A stretch of DNA of 61,766 nt, filler included, from Syncephalis fuscata S228 (taxonomy: Eukaryota; Fungi; Zoopagomycota): assembly GCA_025786725.1 (NCBI GenBank). It is 4 parts of 4 records of this genome, joined end to end, with 100 filler letters (N's around TTAATTAATTAA, not from the genome) between each part and the next. Parts side by side here need not be neighbours in the genome. Positions count along the whole stretch, not along the records: positions 31,539 to 49,378 come from JAHLTZ010000190.1; 3 more parts are not named here. The stretch is one strand, 5' to 3'. Under the pieces are notes generated by a model. That model searched no databases. It was not told the DNA's origin and saw only the letters and a program-made list of their open reading frames with translations. The translations under genes were made by a program, and so were the position numbers. Below, piece after piece: positions 34,501 to 48,456 of the stretch. Position 1 is the stretch's first letter; each line of letters opens with the position of its first letter.

Positions 34501-37500
34501 TAAGTTGTTAACCGTTATCATTACTTAGTTAATTACTTAACTAATTACTTAACTTTTAGTTAACTTTTAGTCTATATTTATTAACAAAATAGCAAGGGAT
34601 ACCCTTACATTTTAGTCAAATATTACTTAACTTTTTACTTAACTTTAGTTAACTTTTAGTTAACTTTTTTAGCCGTATATTTGGTCGATTTTTGTTGGAT
34701 TTTTGTCGGATTTTTTGGGAAAAACGGCCCAACTCCCCGTATTTTTAATTCCACGGATACTTGTCCTAAAAATACACGGTGCCACTTGTTCGAACCGCAA
34801 GAAGCAGGCGCGTCGATCCTGATATGCTAAAAATCGCCAAAAATCGTGGGAATGCGTGAAAAATACGCGGAGTTGGACCTCCATACAAAAAACGGCACTT
34901 TTTGCATGTTTTGATTTTTAATTCATTGGATAAATTTTTGGCGATTTTTTGAATATATAGATCGACGCACCATATTATTGCGGTCGAACGAGTGGTCCTG
35001 TGTATTTTTAGAGCAAGTATCCGTAGAGTTAAAAATACGGGAGTTTGATGCTGTTATAGGGGATATTTAGGATTCGTGAAATATGCCCTATAAACTAGTC
35101 ATCAAACTCCCGTATTTTTAACTCTACGGATACTTGCTCTAAAAATACACAGGACCACTCGTTCGACCGCAATAATATGGTGCGTCGATCTATATATTCG
35201 AAAAAATCGCCAAAAATTTATCCAATGAATTAAAAATCAAAACATGCAAAAAGTGCCGTTTTTTGTATGGAGGTCCAACTCCGCGTATTTTTCACGCATT
35301 CCCACGATTTTTGGCGATTTTTAGCATATCAGGATCGACGCGCCTGCTTCTTGCGGTTCGAACAAGTGGCACCGTGTATTTTTAGGACAAGTATCCGTGG
35401 AATTAAAAATACGGGGAGTTGGGCCGTTTTTCCCAAAAAAATCCGACAAAAATCCAACAAAAATCGACCAAATATACGGCTAAAAAAGTTAATTAAAAGT
35501 TAACTAAAGTTAAGTAAAAAGTTAAGTAATATTGACTAGAAATGTAAGGGTATCCCTTGCTATTTTGTTAATAAATATAGACTAAAAGTTAACTAAAAGT
35601 TAAGTAATTAGTTAAGTAATTAACAATTAACTAATGTTAAACGTTATCAACTTAGTTAATTGTTAATTACTTAACTAATTACTTAACTTTAGTTAACTTT
35701 TAGTCTATATTTATTAACAAAATAGCAAGGATACCCTTACATTTTAGTCAATATTACTTAACTTTTTACTTAACTTTAGTTAACTTTTATTAACTTTTTT
35801 AGCCGTATATTTGGTCGATTTTTGTTGGATTTTTGTCGGATTTTTTGGGAAAAACGGCCCAACTCCCCGTATTTTTAATTCCACGGATACTTGTCCTAAA
35901 AATACACGGTGCCACTTGTTCGAACCGCAAGAAGCAGGCGCGTCGATCCTGATATGCTAAAAATCGCCAAAAATCGTGGGAATGCGTGAAAAATACGCGG
36001 AGTTGGACCTCCATACAAAAAACGGCACTTTTTGCATGTTTTGATTTTTAATTCATTGGATAAATTTTTGGCGATTTTTTGAATATATAGATCGACGCAC
36101 ATATTATTGCGGTCGAACGAGTGGTCCTGTGTATTTTTAGAGCAATTATCCGTAGAGTTAAAAATACGGGAGTTTGTTGCTGTTATAGGGGATATTTAGG
36201 ATTCGTGAAATATCCCCTATAACTAGTCATCAAACTCCCGTATTTTTAATTCTACGGATACTTGCTCTAAAAATACACAGGACCACTCGTTCGACCGCAA
36301 TAATATGTGCGTCGATCTATATATTCAAAAAATCGCCAAAAATTTATCCAATGAATTAAAAATCAAAACATGCAAAAAGTGCCGTTTTTTGTATGGAGGT
36401 CCAACTCCGCGTATTTTTCACGCATTCCCACGATTTTTGGCGATTTTTAGCATATCAGGATCGACGCGCCTGCTTCTTGCGGTTCGAACAAGTGGCACCG
36501 TGTATTTTTAGGACAAGTATCCGTGGAATTAAAAATACGGGGAGTTGGGCCGTTTTTCCCAAAAAATCCACAAAAATCCAACAAAAATCGACCAAATATA
36601 CGGCTAAAAAAGTTAATTAAAAGTTAACTAAAGTTAAGTAAAAAGTTAAGTAATATTTGACTAGAAATGTAAGGGTATCCTTGCTATTTTGTTAATAAAT
36701 ATAGACTAAAAGTTAACTAAAAGTTAAGTAATTAGTTAAGTAATTAACAAGTTAATAAGTTTAAACTTAGTTAACTTGTTAATTACTTAACTAATTACTT
36801 AACTTTAGTTAACTTTTAGTCTATATTTATTAACAAAATAGCAAGGGATACCCTTACATTTCTAGTCAATATTACTTAACTTTTTACTTAACTTTAGTTA
36901 ACTTTTATTAACTTTTTTAGCCGTATATTTGGTCGATTTTTGTTGGATTTTTGTCGGATTTTTTGGGAAAAACGGCCCAACTCCCCGTATTTTTAATTCC
37001 ACGGATACTTGTCCTAAAAATACACGGTGCCACTTGTTCGAACCGCAAGAAGCAGGCGCGTCGATCCTGATATGCTAAAAATCGCCAAAAATCGTGGGAA
37101 TGCGTGAAAAATACGCGGAGTTGGACCTCCATACAAAAAACGGCACTTTTTGCATGTTTTGATTTTTAATTCATTGGATAAATTTTTGGCGATTTTTTTG
37201 AATATATAGATCGACGCACCATATCATTGCGGTCGAACGAGTGGTCCTGTGTATTTTTAGAGCAAGTATCCGTAGAGTTAAAAATACGGGAGTTTAGTTG
37301 CTGGTTATAGGGGATATTTAGGATTCGTGAAATATCCCCTATAAACAGCATCAAACTCCCGTATTTTTAACTCTACGGATAATTGCTCTAAAAATACACA
37401 GGACCACTCGTTCGACCGCAATAATATGGTGCGTCGATCTATATATTCAAAAAAATCGCCAAAAATTTATCCAATGAATTAAAAATCAAAACATGCAAAA

Positions 37501-37930
37501 AGTGCCGTTTTTTGTATGGAGGTCCAACTCCGCGTATTTTTCACGCATTCCCACGATTTTTGGCGATTTTTTAGCATATCAGGATCGACGCGCCTGCTTC
37601 TTGCGGTTCGAACAAGTGGCACCGTGTATTTTTAGGACAAGTATCCGTGGAATTAAAAATACGGGGAGTTGGGCCGTTTTTCCCAAAAAAATCCGACAAA
37701 AATCCAACAAAAATCGACCAAATATACGGCTAAAAAAGTTAATTAAAAGTTAACTAAAGTTAAGTAAAAAGTTAAGTAATATTTACTAGAAATATAAGGA
37801 TATCCTTGCATTTGTTAATAAATATAGACTAAAGTTAATAAATTGTAATTACTTAACTAATTACTAATTTAACTAAGTTGTTAATAGTTATCATTACCAT
37901 TAGTTAATTAACTAACTAATTATTAACTAA
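31539..37930. repeat. Palindromic concatemer: ~570 bp unit alternating in orientation (~11 units, period ~1130 bp)
   Basis: The same MEVQLRVFF.. reading recurs on alternating strands (31864+, 32610-, 33755-, 34139+, 34884-, 35267+, 36014-, 36393+, 37132-); two alternating turnaround types. Confidence 0.95.
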
Positions 37931-39263
37931 TTAATTATGCTATGCTTAATAATTAGTTTATTGGTTATTTATTAATGATTACTACTGATTATTTGTTTAT
38001 ATGATTAAATAGCACTAATATTATGGTTGGCGTATTAGTGCCATTAGTAACATATGATTGTGCATTGCAGCATTGGCGCTAGATAATGCATAAACATTAG
38101 CAGTATATATGCTGGACATATCCAATTATAGTGGCGCTAGCTATCGTATGATCATAGCAACTGTGTCAACTATTAGCATTGTGTGTACACTTGCATATTC
38201 ATCAGTAATTGTATATTGGTGTATACCATACCTAAAATTTAGGATATATAAACTACGCAATTGTATAGTATTATGTAGAAGTATAACTGCTATGGTTGGA
38301 CTAGAGTATAACAGGAAGACAAATGAGTGTTTGATAAAGGATGGTTTTTTATTTGATATGATAATTATTCTACATTTATAGCAATGTTGGATATAGAGAA
38401 GAGAGAAAGTAAACCAATTATTAAGTATTTGTAAATTTGTGATAAAATGTTGTAGAGTATCTGTTGATGTCATAAACATAACAAATGTTAGCAAATCTGT
38501 TTAACATGTGTAATAGTTAGAATTAGGTAATATTAACCGTGTAAATTTGAAATTATAATGATTTTTAAATATAGTAATCATCATATAGTGAGTTGTATAG
38601 ATCTATAAATAAATTTTCAATAAGATAGCAGAATATTGATGTATATACAATACTTGTATCTGTAGCTATATCCGTTAGTATTAAAGCATCAATTGTAATT
38701 ACCCCCAAGTGCTATGATATGGATTAGAAACTGATTGTCTATCAATAGATCATTGACGCTTTATATGATTTTAGATAGTTTAACGCTTCATTATATGAGT
38801 TGACCAGTATTATAGCAAAACAGCAAATATGTTGTAGTATTTCAAGTGGATAAACACATTTATAATTGATTGATAATGTATTATTGACATTAAATGCCTA
38901 TAATACTATTATTGATACACTTATAGTTTGTCGTTATGCTTGAGCGACTATAAAACACTTTATTATTATTTACAATAAACAATATGCATTACATGTATGG
39001 CTAGTATTGATCTTATAGCCATGACCTTGATGAAGGTGTACGAATAGCAATGCCGAAATTATAGTGCATGCAGCTCAATGGAAGAATTAAGTGAAATATA
39101 TTACTAATGAAGCTACAAACAAACAAACAATAGTTCTTAATAAAGTGTTAATACTTATAATAAAATAGTGTACAAGCGAATAAGTATATAATAGGAAAGA
39201 CATAAATAACAGTCGCAAAATCACTGAGCATATATACTTAAATAGATGAGCGATATTAGTTGA

Positions 39264-40702
39264 AATTTTATTAATAATAGTGCTAGAAAACAAAAATAAA
39301 TATACTTTTGGATAGAGGAAGGCTAGGCAATTATAGCATGATATATAAAATGATAAATGTACGGTAAGAAAGTTATAAAACAACGTTGATGTTATAGTGT
39401 GCATAGTGGAATGAGCGGAATGAGTAAAGTATATTGCCGCATATAATAAATAGAATGTGTTTAGTATATCATAGAATGATATATGGTAGTGTAGAATAGA
39501 GTGGGAATGATATAGGCGAATAGAGGATATATGTGTACTGAATATATGCATCTGATAATAATCTACAATGATGATATTTGATAACTGATGTCATTCACCA
39601 CCCATTATCATGTTCAGTAGACTGGATGTTATTAAATATTAGTCATTTAACCACCAAATAACAATAAGTAATGATGTGATGATTAAATAAAATTCACCAC
39701 TTGTTTCCGTGTTCAATAGAACAAAATGTAGTCAACTACGCGAACGTTATTAAAAAAAGTCATTTGACCACCAAATCACATTGCATGTAATGATATAATA
39801 ATTAAACAAATATAATAATAAATGACATGATACACGTTGGTTCAATGAGCAGATGTTATAACAAGGTTATAATTAAAAACCAGTAGACTATTGAAAATAG
39901 ATAATCAGATAAATATACAGTGATATAGAAAACTGTTAAATGGAAAAGAATATAACATGTTGATAACATACAACCAGCTAGATCATCATATGATTATATA
40001 GCTATATGAGTAATTATATGGTATATTGTCAACCAGCTATTTTAACTATTGGACAGGTTAATATACAGCTATATGACCAACTATAAATATATATATATAC
40101 AAATAAATAAACAAACAGCTATAAGACTGTATATACCGCACTATAACTAATTTTATTTACTAATAGTTGTTTATTGTTTAGTGTGATTTGGGGCCCAAAT
40201 GATTAGTTTTAATAACATTCGCGTAGTTGAACTACATTTTGTTCTATTGAACACGGAAACAAGTGGTGAGTTTTATTTAATCATCACATCATTACATTTA
40301 TTGTTATTTGGTGGTTAAATGACTAATATTTAATAACATCCAGTCTACTGAACATGATAATGGGTGGTGAATGACATCAGTTATCAAATACTCATCATTG
40401 TAGATTTATTATCCAGATGCATATATTCAGTACACATATATCCTCTATTCGCCTATATCATTCCCACTCTATTCTACACTACCATATATCATTCTATGAT
40501 ATACTAAACACATTCTATTTATATATGCGGCAATATACTTTACTCATTCCGCTCATTCCACTATGCACACTATAACATCAACGTTGTTTTATAAACTTTC
40601 TTACCGTACATTTAGCATTTTATATATCATGCTATAATCGCCTAGCCTTCCTCTATCCAAAAGTATATTTATTTTTGTTCTAGCACTATTATTAATAAAA
40701 TT
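39264..40702. repeat. Foldback: ~520 bp inverted arms (39264-~39781 and ~40181-40702) with ~400 bp spacer
   Basis: Direct reverse-complement match, e.g. GGATAGAGGAAGGCTAGGC / GCCTAGCCTTCCTCTATCC. Confidence 0.9.
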
Positions 40703-41717
40703 GACCTATTTTGCTCATGCACATACATATATGTTTAGTAACTTTAACAAGGCTAATCGTCGCTCAACATTGGATATTTATTATATTGTATATCGCTCCG
40801 TTATAATAGCGTCAAAGCTATCCAAAACCGCTGTTTATTTGTCGCTAGCTGTTTTGGCTGTAAAGATCAGCTTATTCTGTTTATTTTATTCATATATACA
40901 TCACTATAATGTCAGCACTATTACTCATACCCTTTTCATTATACATTGTTTTGTTTCATATCTTGTTATTCTCGCTTGGCTATGCACTATTCAAAATCAT
41001 TTCCCGCTTATTTCTGGTGCTATTATTTACAAGCTGTGACTTATTGCGTTCAGCCCACTCATTGAGCTATATACACTATAATCTCAATAACGCTATCCAT
41101 AGTCTCCTCTGTATATTTGTCCTACTACATATCGTTGTATATTATAAAAGCTGTATATTTGTTACTCGCTGCATTTTATATAGTTCAATACAGCTGGTTC
41201 ATTTCACTGCTATACACATTATAGCTTTATCGCTATCATTCATATATCATCATCCCCCTATTCATTCTACTATATATTGTAGATTTTAATTCGAGTCATT
41301 TAGGTCTGTACATACTGTATGTTTATTCTCTATAGCAAATATATCAATAAATAAATCATATAACTACAGCATATTTTAATGTCCAGTAAAATCATTATAC
41401 GACATTGGAACTAGAATATTGCACTGTTGTTAAACGAGCCTCAAAAAAGTCGTACAAATGTGAAATTCCTAATTGAGGCAACAGAGCTGCAATTTTCACT
41501 TTACAAATGGCTACAAATTTTATTCATTGTCACTAGAAAGCTTTTATCTTTGATTGAATCCTAATTGTGTGCATCAACCTTTATTGCATTAGTAGAGTGA
41601 GTACGTGTGCAATCACTCATCGTCTTGCTACTCTATCGCAACTCGAGTAAGCGTGTGTATACTCGTATGACCATCCATACAACAACGCCGATACTATAGC
41701 AATATAAGGGCAACAGT

Positions 41718-44700
41718 ATGGATAACCGACAAGTAAGTGATGACTCAGGAGGACAATCGCCGCATAGACACTCCCAGTACTGACCACGTCCACTGCTAGA
41801 GATTGTCTCGTCTATTACTTCGGCGGCTAAAAGAACGAACGCGCGAGCTGAACGACCAACTAGGCAGCCGTGTACTTATAACAGGCACCAAAGGTCTACT
41901 TATAGATCGCCTACTAACCTATATAATTTCGCTTGAAGAATCTGGATCGCATGAACAGCTACAAAAAACTTGGTCCATACTGGAGCGGTAAGTTGCAAAT
42001 AACGATGACAACCATCACAGACCCACAACAGTTAGACTATGTCTTGTTAACGATGAATGGTACTGTACAGCGAAGAAGAAGGACACCAAAGCTGGTCGTC
42101 TATGTCAGCGGCTGTTAATGCGCACACAGCCAATTCGCTGTCCACTACATCCAACACCTCTTGCTCGCCGATCCACTACGAGCTACTAAATCGGCTAGGC
42201 GATGATGCTCATTCGTCGCCATCCTTGCTATCTAGCCAAGGCTATCGACACACAGTTGACTTATCCCGGTATGCAGATTCAAACTATATGATGTTCAAAC
42301 AGCTTGATCTAACAAACAGTCTTATTACACCAATGAATACCAATAGTAGTAGTAGCGCGAATAATGGTACATCACATTTATCTCTTTCATTTCGTTCCTG
42401 TCCGTTCTACACTGATCCTCAGCCACTATCAGATATAGTGTACGCGGAAGGTAAGTAAATAGATATAGCGTATTTATGTGTCACTAATTGTATCTGTCAG
42501 TATCAAATGTTAAAATGACCAGTGTGGCACGATTTTCACTTAATTCGAAGAATATTGAAACATTAACTGGTAGTTCGTAAGTTGGCATTTACTTATTTGG
42601 TGATTATAAAGTTAATAATGGATTTACTAAATAGATATGTACCAAGTCGTAAAACACCAAAATTCTCCTCTCATCGTGTTATGGTCTACTGCGTTGATGC
42701 GGACCAGTGGCGCACCATGCCACATGAGCCACTTTCGTTGGAATTTCCACCTGTAGTTGAATTATCTATTAACCATACGGTTATTCGTAAAGTAAGTGTT
42801 ATAATATGCTATAAACGCTACTAATTATAATACTGTCATTTATAGAATCTAAGAGGCATTAAAAATCGTCCAGGTACTGTCCATCCGTGGACATTACACC
42901 GCACTGCTGTTTGAAGCCAGGTGCTGTTAATCAATTGGACATTTCATATATTAATACACCCAAGGTAACTTACCACTATAAGCTAAATAGATATCATATT
43001 AATATCAATTAGAAATATGTATTTGTCGTATGCTTGTCAAAAGTAACACAAACATCGGAATTGGTTGATAAGTTAAAAGGACGGAAACCACTTGAGAAAT
43101 CCAATGTACAGCAGTTATGTAAGTAACATGTAATTACAACATATCAATTAATGTAATAATTTTATAATATTAATATCAATAGTAAATCGAATCGCCAGTG
43201 ATACCGAAATTACCACCACCTTATCCAATGTTTCTTTAAAATGCCCTGTAAGTTAGCAATAATTGTATTGATTAGTATGAACATTTATTGACTATTATCT
43301 ATAGTTGACCCATATGAGAATACAACTACCATGTCGATCACGAAAATGTCAGCATATTCAATGTTTTGATGCCACATCATTTCTTGAATTGAATGCACAG
43401 ACACCAACTTGGCAATGTCCCATCTGCAATCGATTACTACAGTCATGGAGGAATTGGTATGGGATACGTAAGTGTTATTACTAATCATTTATATAATTTA
43501 TTTACATTCTTTGACTAGCTATTTTAAAGAAATATTAGATAGCACAACCACATCAGTGGACAGTATTGTAATGGATGATCAAGGGGAATGGTCAATACGG
43601 CCTAATTCAACAGGTGCACGGACATCACCTAAAACGCCCTCTACTCGTCAAGACACCGTTGGAGGAGAAAAAAGAAAGCGGCTGCTATTTGATATTGAAG
43701 ATAATTCACTGCCATCTTCACCGACTTCACCTCGTTCTCCGTCATCTTCAATAGCGGGCAATAGTAATGGCGATACTAGTAACACATCTAATACGGCACA
43801 GATCATTGATTTGACGTTAAGTAGTAGCGAGGATGAACTTGAAGATGAATCAGAAAAGGAAATACCAGTATTGAATAAAAAGTCTAAAGCGACCAACGAG
43901 TCTATTTCTATAAAGACGGAATCACAGCTAGATTCAACGGCCACCACTCACGAAAATGGCCACGATAATAACAATAATACTGATGAAAATGAGACTGGCA
44001 ACCATAGCAGACCTAGTGACTGGATCCGACGGTATCTTGGTGGCTATGTCTCTACGCCATCCAGTTCCTCTACTGCACCCACTTCATTGCCAACAACTGT
44101 ATCAGTAACGGCTGAGGTAGTAGAACCAACTACATCGGCACCAGCACCGGTAGGGACAACAACAACATCTGAACTGTTACGTAAATTGAATAATCTTAAT
44201 GAACGTATTCAACATGCTCGAATACCTGTATCTTCAGTGTCTACAGCGGATGATGTTGCAACAAATGGTATTACAAATAATACGGGTGCAACAACACCAT
44301 CTATTTCACCTACATCGGATACGGGACAGACACAATGGTATTCACCAAATGCATCTCCTTCTTCTAATGCTAATACTAATGCTACTACTACTAATACTGC
44401 TGAAATGATACCACTTAATACAACTATTCGGCCCACATCACACGGTACAATTACGACAACACTATTGTCATCCACACTACCAGTAAATAGAAATGTATTA
44501 GATGATCGAGTGACACCGCCCACTAATAGCAGTAATGGCCATCACAGAAATACACCAACTCAGTGGTACACGCCATCAAGTGATCTGGCACAACGACAAC
44601 CACAACGCCGTCTATATAACAATACTGACAATGATGGTGGTGCAGTCTACAGGGATAGACTAGAACCGTCCCATCTATCTCTCTATTCAACCCATCCTCG

Positions 44701-44986
44701 ACATCTTTCCTATGATGAATGGTATCGCTGTACATTGCCAACACCTTCATCACCAATAGATAGTCAATTGATAAGTCAAGGATCTGATATGCTTGCTTAT
44801 TATTCATCTTATAATAATATAGCAGCATCCAATTCTCATAATACTGATTCATATCCACATCAGTATCAGCGGCCACCATTACCACCACAAACAACACAGT
44901 CGCAGTCACAACGGTATCAGCAGCAGCAGTATCAGCAGCAGCAACAACCATATCATTCGCAGTATCAGCAACATCACCGTCAATAG
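41718..44986 (+). CDS. SIZ1: SIZ/PIAS-family SUMO E3 ligase, multi-exon
   Basis: SAP-like GTKGLLIDRL; PINIT (FRSCPFY, LEFPPVVEL, RGIKNRPGT); SP-RING SLKCP..PCRSRKCQHIQCFDA..WQCPIC; SIM IIDLTLSSSEDE. Confidence 0.9.
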
Positions 44987-45101
44987 TAACGGCATCAATA
45001 CGATGGACCGTCAACCTACTATAATATTCGATGTTTTTTTGTAATAATAATAATAAATAGTAGTGTAACATTTATTCTGAAATACTAGATTAGCTAGCTA
45101 C

Positions 45102-46160
45102 TTAAGACGAGGGTGGCATGGGATGTTGGATGGCTGTATCGTAATCAGGTGGTGCTTCCTGAGGAACAGTATGAGATGGAGGCGGTCCAGCCACCGATAA
45201 AGGTGTAGAAGAGGCTATGTGTTCTGTAGCTATAGCCGATGAATTTCCTATATTATAAACAGTATATTATATTAGGTAATTAATAAAGTAATATAGCGCA
45301 CTGTATGTAGAGTTACCTGTCATGCTATTACGATTACCATTGATGCCTGGTATTGGATGATTTGTAGGAGCAGCAGTTGAAGTGGAGGCATTTGCTGCTA
45401 TTCCTTCAGCCCGTGGTGTATAGGCAGGTAACTGCTCAAGTGTATCTGGTAATTCACCAAGCTCTAACGCATCATTAATATCAATAAATAATACGTATTA
45501 TTCATTATTACCTTGAATACGTTCACGTAATTGTCTATAAATAGTGGAGAATTCAAATGCGCCTAATTATCAATGCAGTTATAGCTGTATGAATTATTAC
45601 TATACTCATTATGACCTACCTCCTTCTTTAAAGTATAATTTAACCTGCATCGCTGCCGGCAATCCACCTTGATACACCTAACAGTATTATTACAAATAAT
45701 TAAATATAGCCTATTTGCACTGTTGTAATACTTACTGGCTCACTGTACATGAATAGTAATTGGCGTTAAACCAAGGCTGATTTAACTTGCCTTCATGTAT
45801 ATTTAGCAAAGGCATCGATAATGACTGAAATCCAACTAGACTTGGCTGTGCCAAGTAAACAATCCGCTGATTCGATAAATAGACATGACCAGAAGCTGCA
45901 TTATAGCAACCGCTATATATAACAATACAAATTAGCAAGTTTAACTATTTGTGTGTTAGAGTAGACCAGTACTTGCCTACTACCAGGAAAACCACTAATA
46001 CAGCGACGATAAGTATATAGAGTTACTTGACAAGCTACAGCACTTACTTTCCATAGACTGATTCCAAACAAACGCCTGTTTTCTCAAGAAATACCTTTTC
46101 ATTAGGTAAAAGTATAATGGCAGTGCCATCGGCACTTAATGCAGCTTGGTTAATCGACAT
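45102..46160 (-). CDS. WBP2-like (GRAM/PH-like + PPxY) protein, multi-exon
   Basis: MSIN..LLPNEK, GHVYLSNQRIVY, LNQPWFNANYY, LYFKEGGAFEF, LPAY and PPDY motifs. Confidence 0.85.
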
Positions 46161-46337
46161 TGTACGCAAGAAAGATAAAGAAAGGTGTACCAAGAACAGT
46201 ATACTGTTGTGATAATGGTGGTGGTGGTGATATGTTTAAAACAAAAAAAGTGTCAATAAGAAGCAATAGACTGCAACGGTCACATGTGTAAAACATTCTA
46301 TTTATTGTTAATATATCAGCACACAAATCCGCGACTT

Positions 46338-48023
46338 CTAATGTACCCTTTGCCGTCTTGATTGTCTTGGTGTTGCTCTTACGGGTGTTGCTTCTTTGTG
46401 GGTGGGCCGGTTTTCTATTCATATCGTTAATATGGTGGTAAGTAAATAGTACAACTACAATTACCTGAATAGTCGTCGTTGTTATCGTCGTCGTCATCTT
46501 CATTGGAATATAGACGATCTTCTTGTTCATAGACACCTAATCGCCTATTCATCAATTAGTATAACTAGCACATGTATATCAAATAAATTACTTACTTTCT
46601 ACGTGCTGCAACTGATGTAGGTGTTACTTGGTGTTCAGAAAGTGTTCGTTGACGATTTAAACCATTGCTCATAGCTGTTGTCGTTGTTGTTGCACCTGGT
46701 TGTTGCTGTTGTCGTCGCCGTCTACCACTATTGGCCATTGTAGTAAATGAGAACGATTTGGTCATTGGTTGGTCATAAACTGGCACAGATGACATACTGA
46801 ATGTTCGTCGATTATTACTGTCGGAAAGTGTGCTTTGTTCTCTCGATAAAAGACCAATACTTTTGTTAACAAACTTAGTGTTATATTCGCTGTAAACTTG
46901 TCCAAATAGCAGCTGCTTGTCTTTAACGTGTTGTACATAGGTTCTACACAAATAATAAGTCTACTCAACAGTATTAGCTTAATTGTATCAATAAAAGGAC
47001 TAGCTTACCTGTAATGCTACAGCCAAGGCTACTGGAAGGAAAAAGGGCCAATTTTCGGCATTTAAGCCAAAATAAACGGCTAATTGTGGTGGTGACCACC
47101 AGCTAAAGATGATGTAACTGTTAAATATCATAATACTGGTAAATAAACAACGACTTACCAGAAAATATTGAGTGAAAATACAGGCGATCCCACATGTACA
47201 GTATATGAACCTGTCGTTCATCATCGGGTGTATACTGAATTATCCTCCATACCGGACGCCTATAATTGATCATCAGCATATGATTGCCATATACTGTTGC
47301 CACACTTACATAATAAAGCGGAATAAACGAGTACATAGACTGGATGGTTTGTCATAAACACGTTTTGTACGTACATTTGGATTTTGAATGGTTGACTAGC
47401 ATACGATGTTAATAAAGCTACTACTAACCAGCTAGCTTGCTACACTATTTGGCTTGCTTATAAATAGCACATACCTCTGCAGATGAATCAAATAGCTGAT
47501 AGTGGCGGCTGCGTGTAAACAAATAAACAGTATTGGCTAGACTTAGCACGAAAATACTACTTCTAGTAGGTTAATCTATAAGCATAGTTAGATAACAACA
47601 TGGCTGCAGTTACAGCAATCGCTGCAGTAGCAAGTACCCAGAACATAGTATTCGCATCTATCCAGCCACTTGGTACAGGTTTTCCATACCCAAATCTAAC
47701 TTGTTCAGGCGATTCTAACGAATGGCTTAGGCGTAGAAAAAGAAATGCGCCGTTAAGTATATATAGCCGCGGGCCAACTAAACAATAGATGAATAACCAT
47801 ATATGTATACACACATACAAGCCGTTAAGTTACCGCTACGCCACAAGCAATCGCCGCATTCTTACCTAAGTGTTTCTTGTAACGAGTCCCAGTCAAGTGT
47901 CTCCCAGTCCTCTTGAATGCGCATGAGCCAGTCGTGTGGCGCGGAACGAACGCGATCGCTCAACGATTCTTTACGTACTAAACGGCCACTTTCCGATAGT
48001 GACGGTGAACCCGGCTCCGTCAT
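46338..48023 (-). CDS. Nur1/Mug154-like nuclear rim membrane protein, multi-exon
   Basis: RLVRKESLSDRVRSAPHDWLM, FSWWSPPQ, VKDKQLLFGQVYSEYNTKFV. Confidence 0.75.
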
Positions 48024-48337
48024 CGTATTGATATGTTTACAGACAAAATAAAACGTATTAAGCTTACTAAACTCGAAAAGAATAACTACGTGGCGGAGTC
48101 GTGTAGCAAAAGAAAGCGGCTGACTACGCTGCACACCAGTAAAAGAACGAAAATAGTACGAGCGTGTTTTGTGGTGTGATGAGTGGGGGTGGTGTGGTAA
48201 AATCAGTCTTAAATTATTGATTGCAGATCTGAATAAATTAAAAATTACTTACTGCTACAGTACCTGCTAGATTTATACAGCATATCATCTGTATTTACGC
48301 GTACGTAAAAATATAGCTCTACGAAGCAAAAAGGTAT

Positions 48338-48410
48338 TGCCTTCTGGCGGAATCGAACCGCCGACCTTCTGCTTACTAGGCAGACGCTCTGCCAACTGAG
48401 CCAAGAAGGC
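48338..48410 (-). tRNA. tRNA-Thr(AGU)
   Basis: GCCTTCTTGGCTCAGTTGGCAGAGCGTCTGCCTAGTAAGCAGAAGGTCGGCGGTTCGATTCCGCCAGAAGGCA; full cloverleaf. Confidence 0.97.
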
Positions 48411-48442
48411 AAGTGTATTGCATTCGCTTGTTTCGAAGCCGG

Positions 48443-48456
48443 TTTTAAATATATAT
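48443..48456 (-). promoter_or_regulatory. TATA-like element upstream of tRNA-Thr (-46..-33)
   Basis: Identical to 1540-1553. Confidence 0.6.

Noticed and set aside
31770-37753. Repeated 70-86 aa ORFs (MEVQLRVFF..., MIWCVDL...)
   Set aside because: No recognisable domain, ends vary with homopolymer length, and they recur only because the DNA repeats.
31539-37930. Simple missed-adapter PacBio artefact, or canonical telomere repeat
   Set aside because: No SMRTbell adapter sequence at the turns, two distinct genomic-looking loops alternate, and there is no TTAGGG tract. Other artefact types are not excluded.
38109-41289. Hydrophobic I/Y/L-rich ORFs
   Set aside because: Explained by AT-rich, strand-skewed degenerate repeat DNA; no motifs.
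2309-48023. A selenoprotein gene or SECIS element in this window
   Set aside because: I saw no in-frame UGA at a redox-Cys position and no convincing SECIS by eye; a SECISearch3 run is needed.
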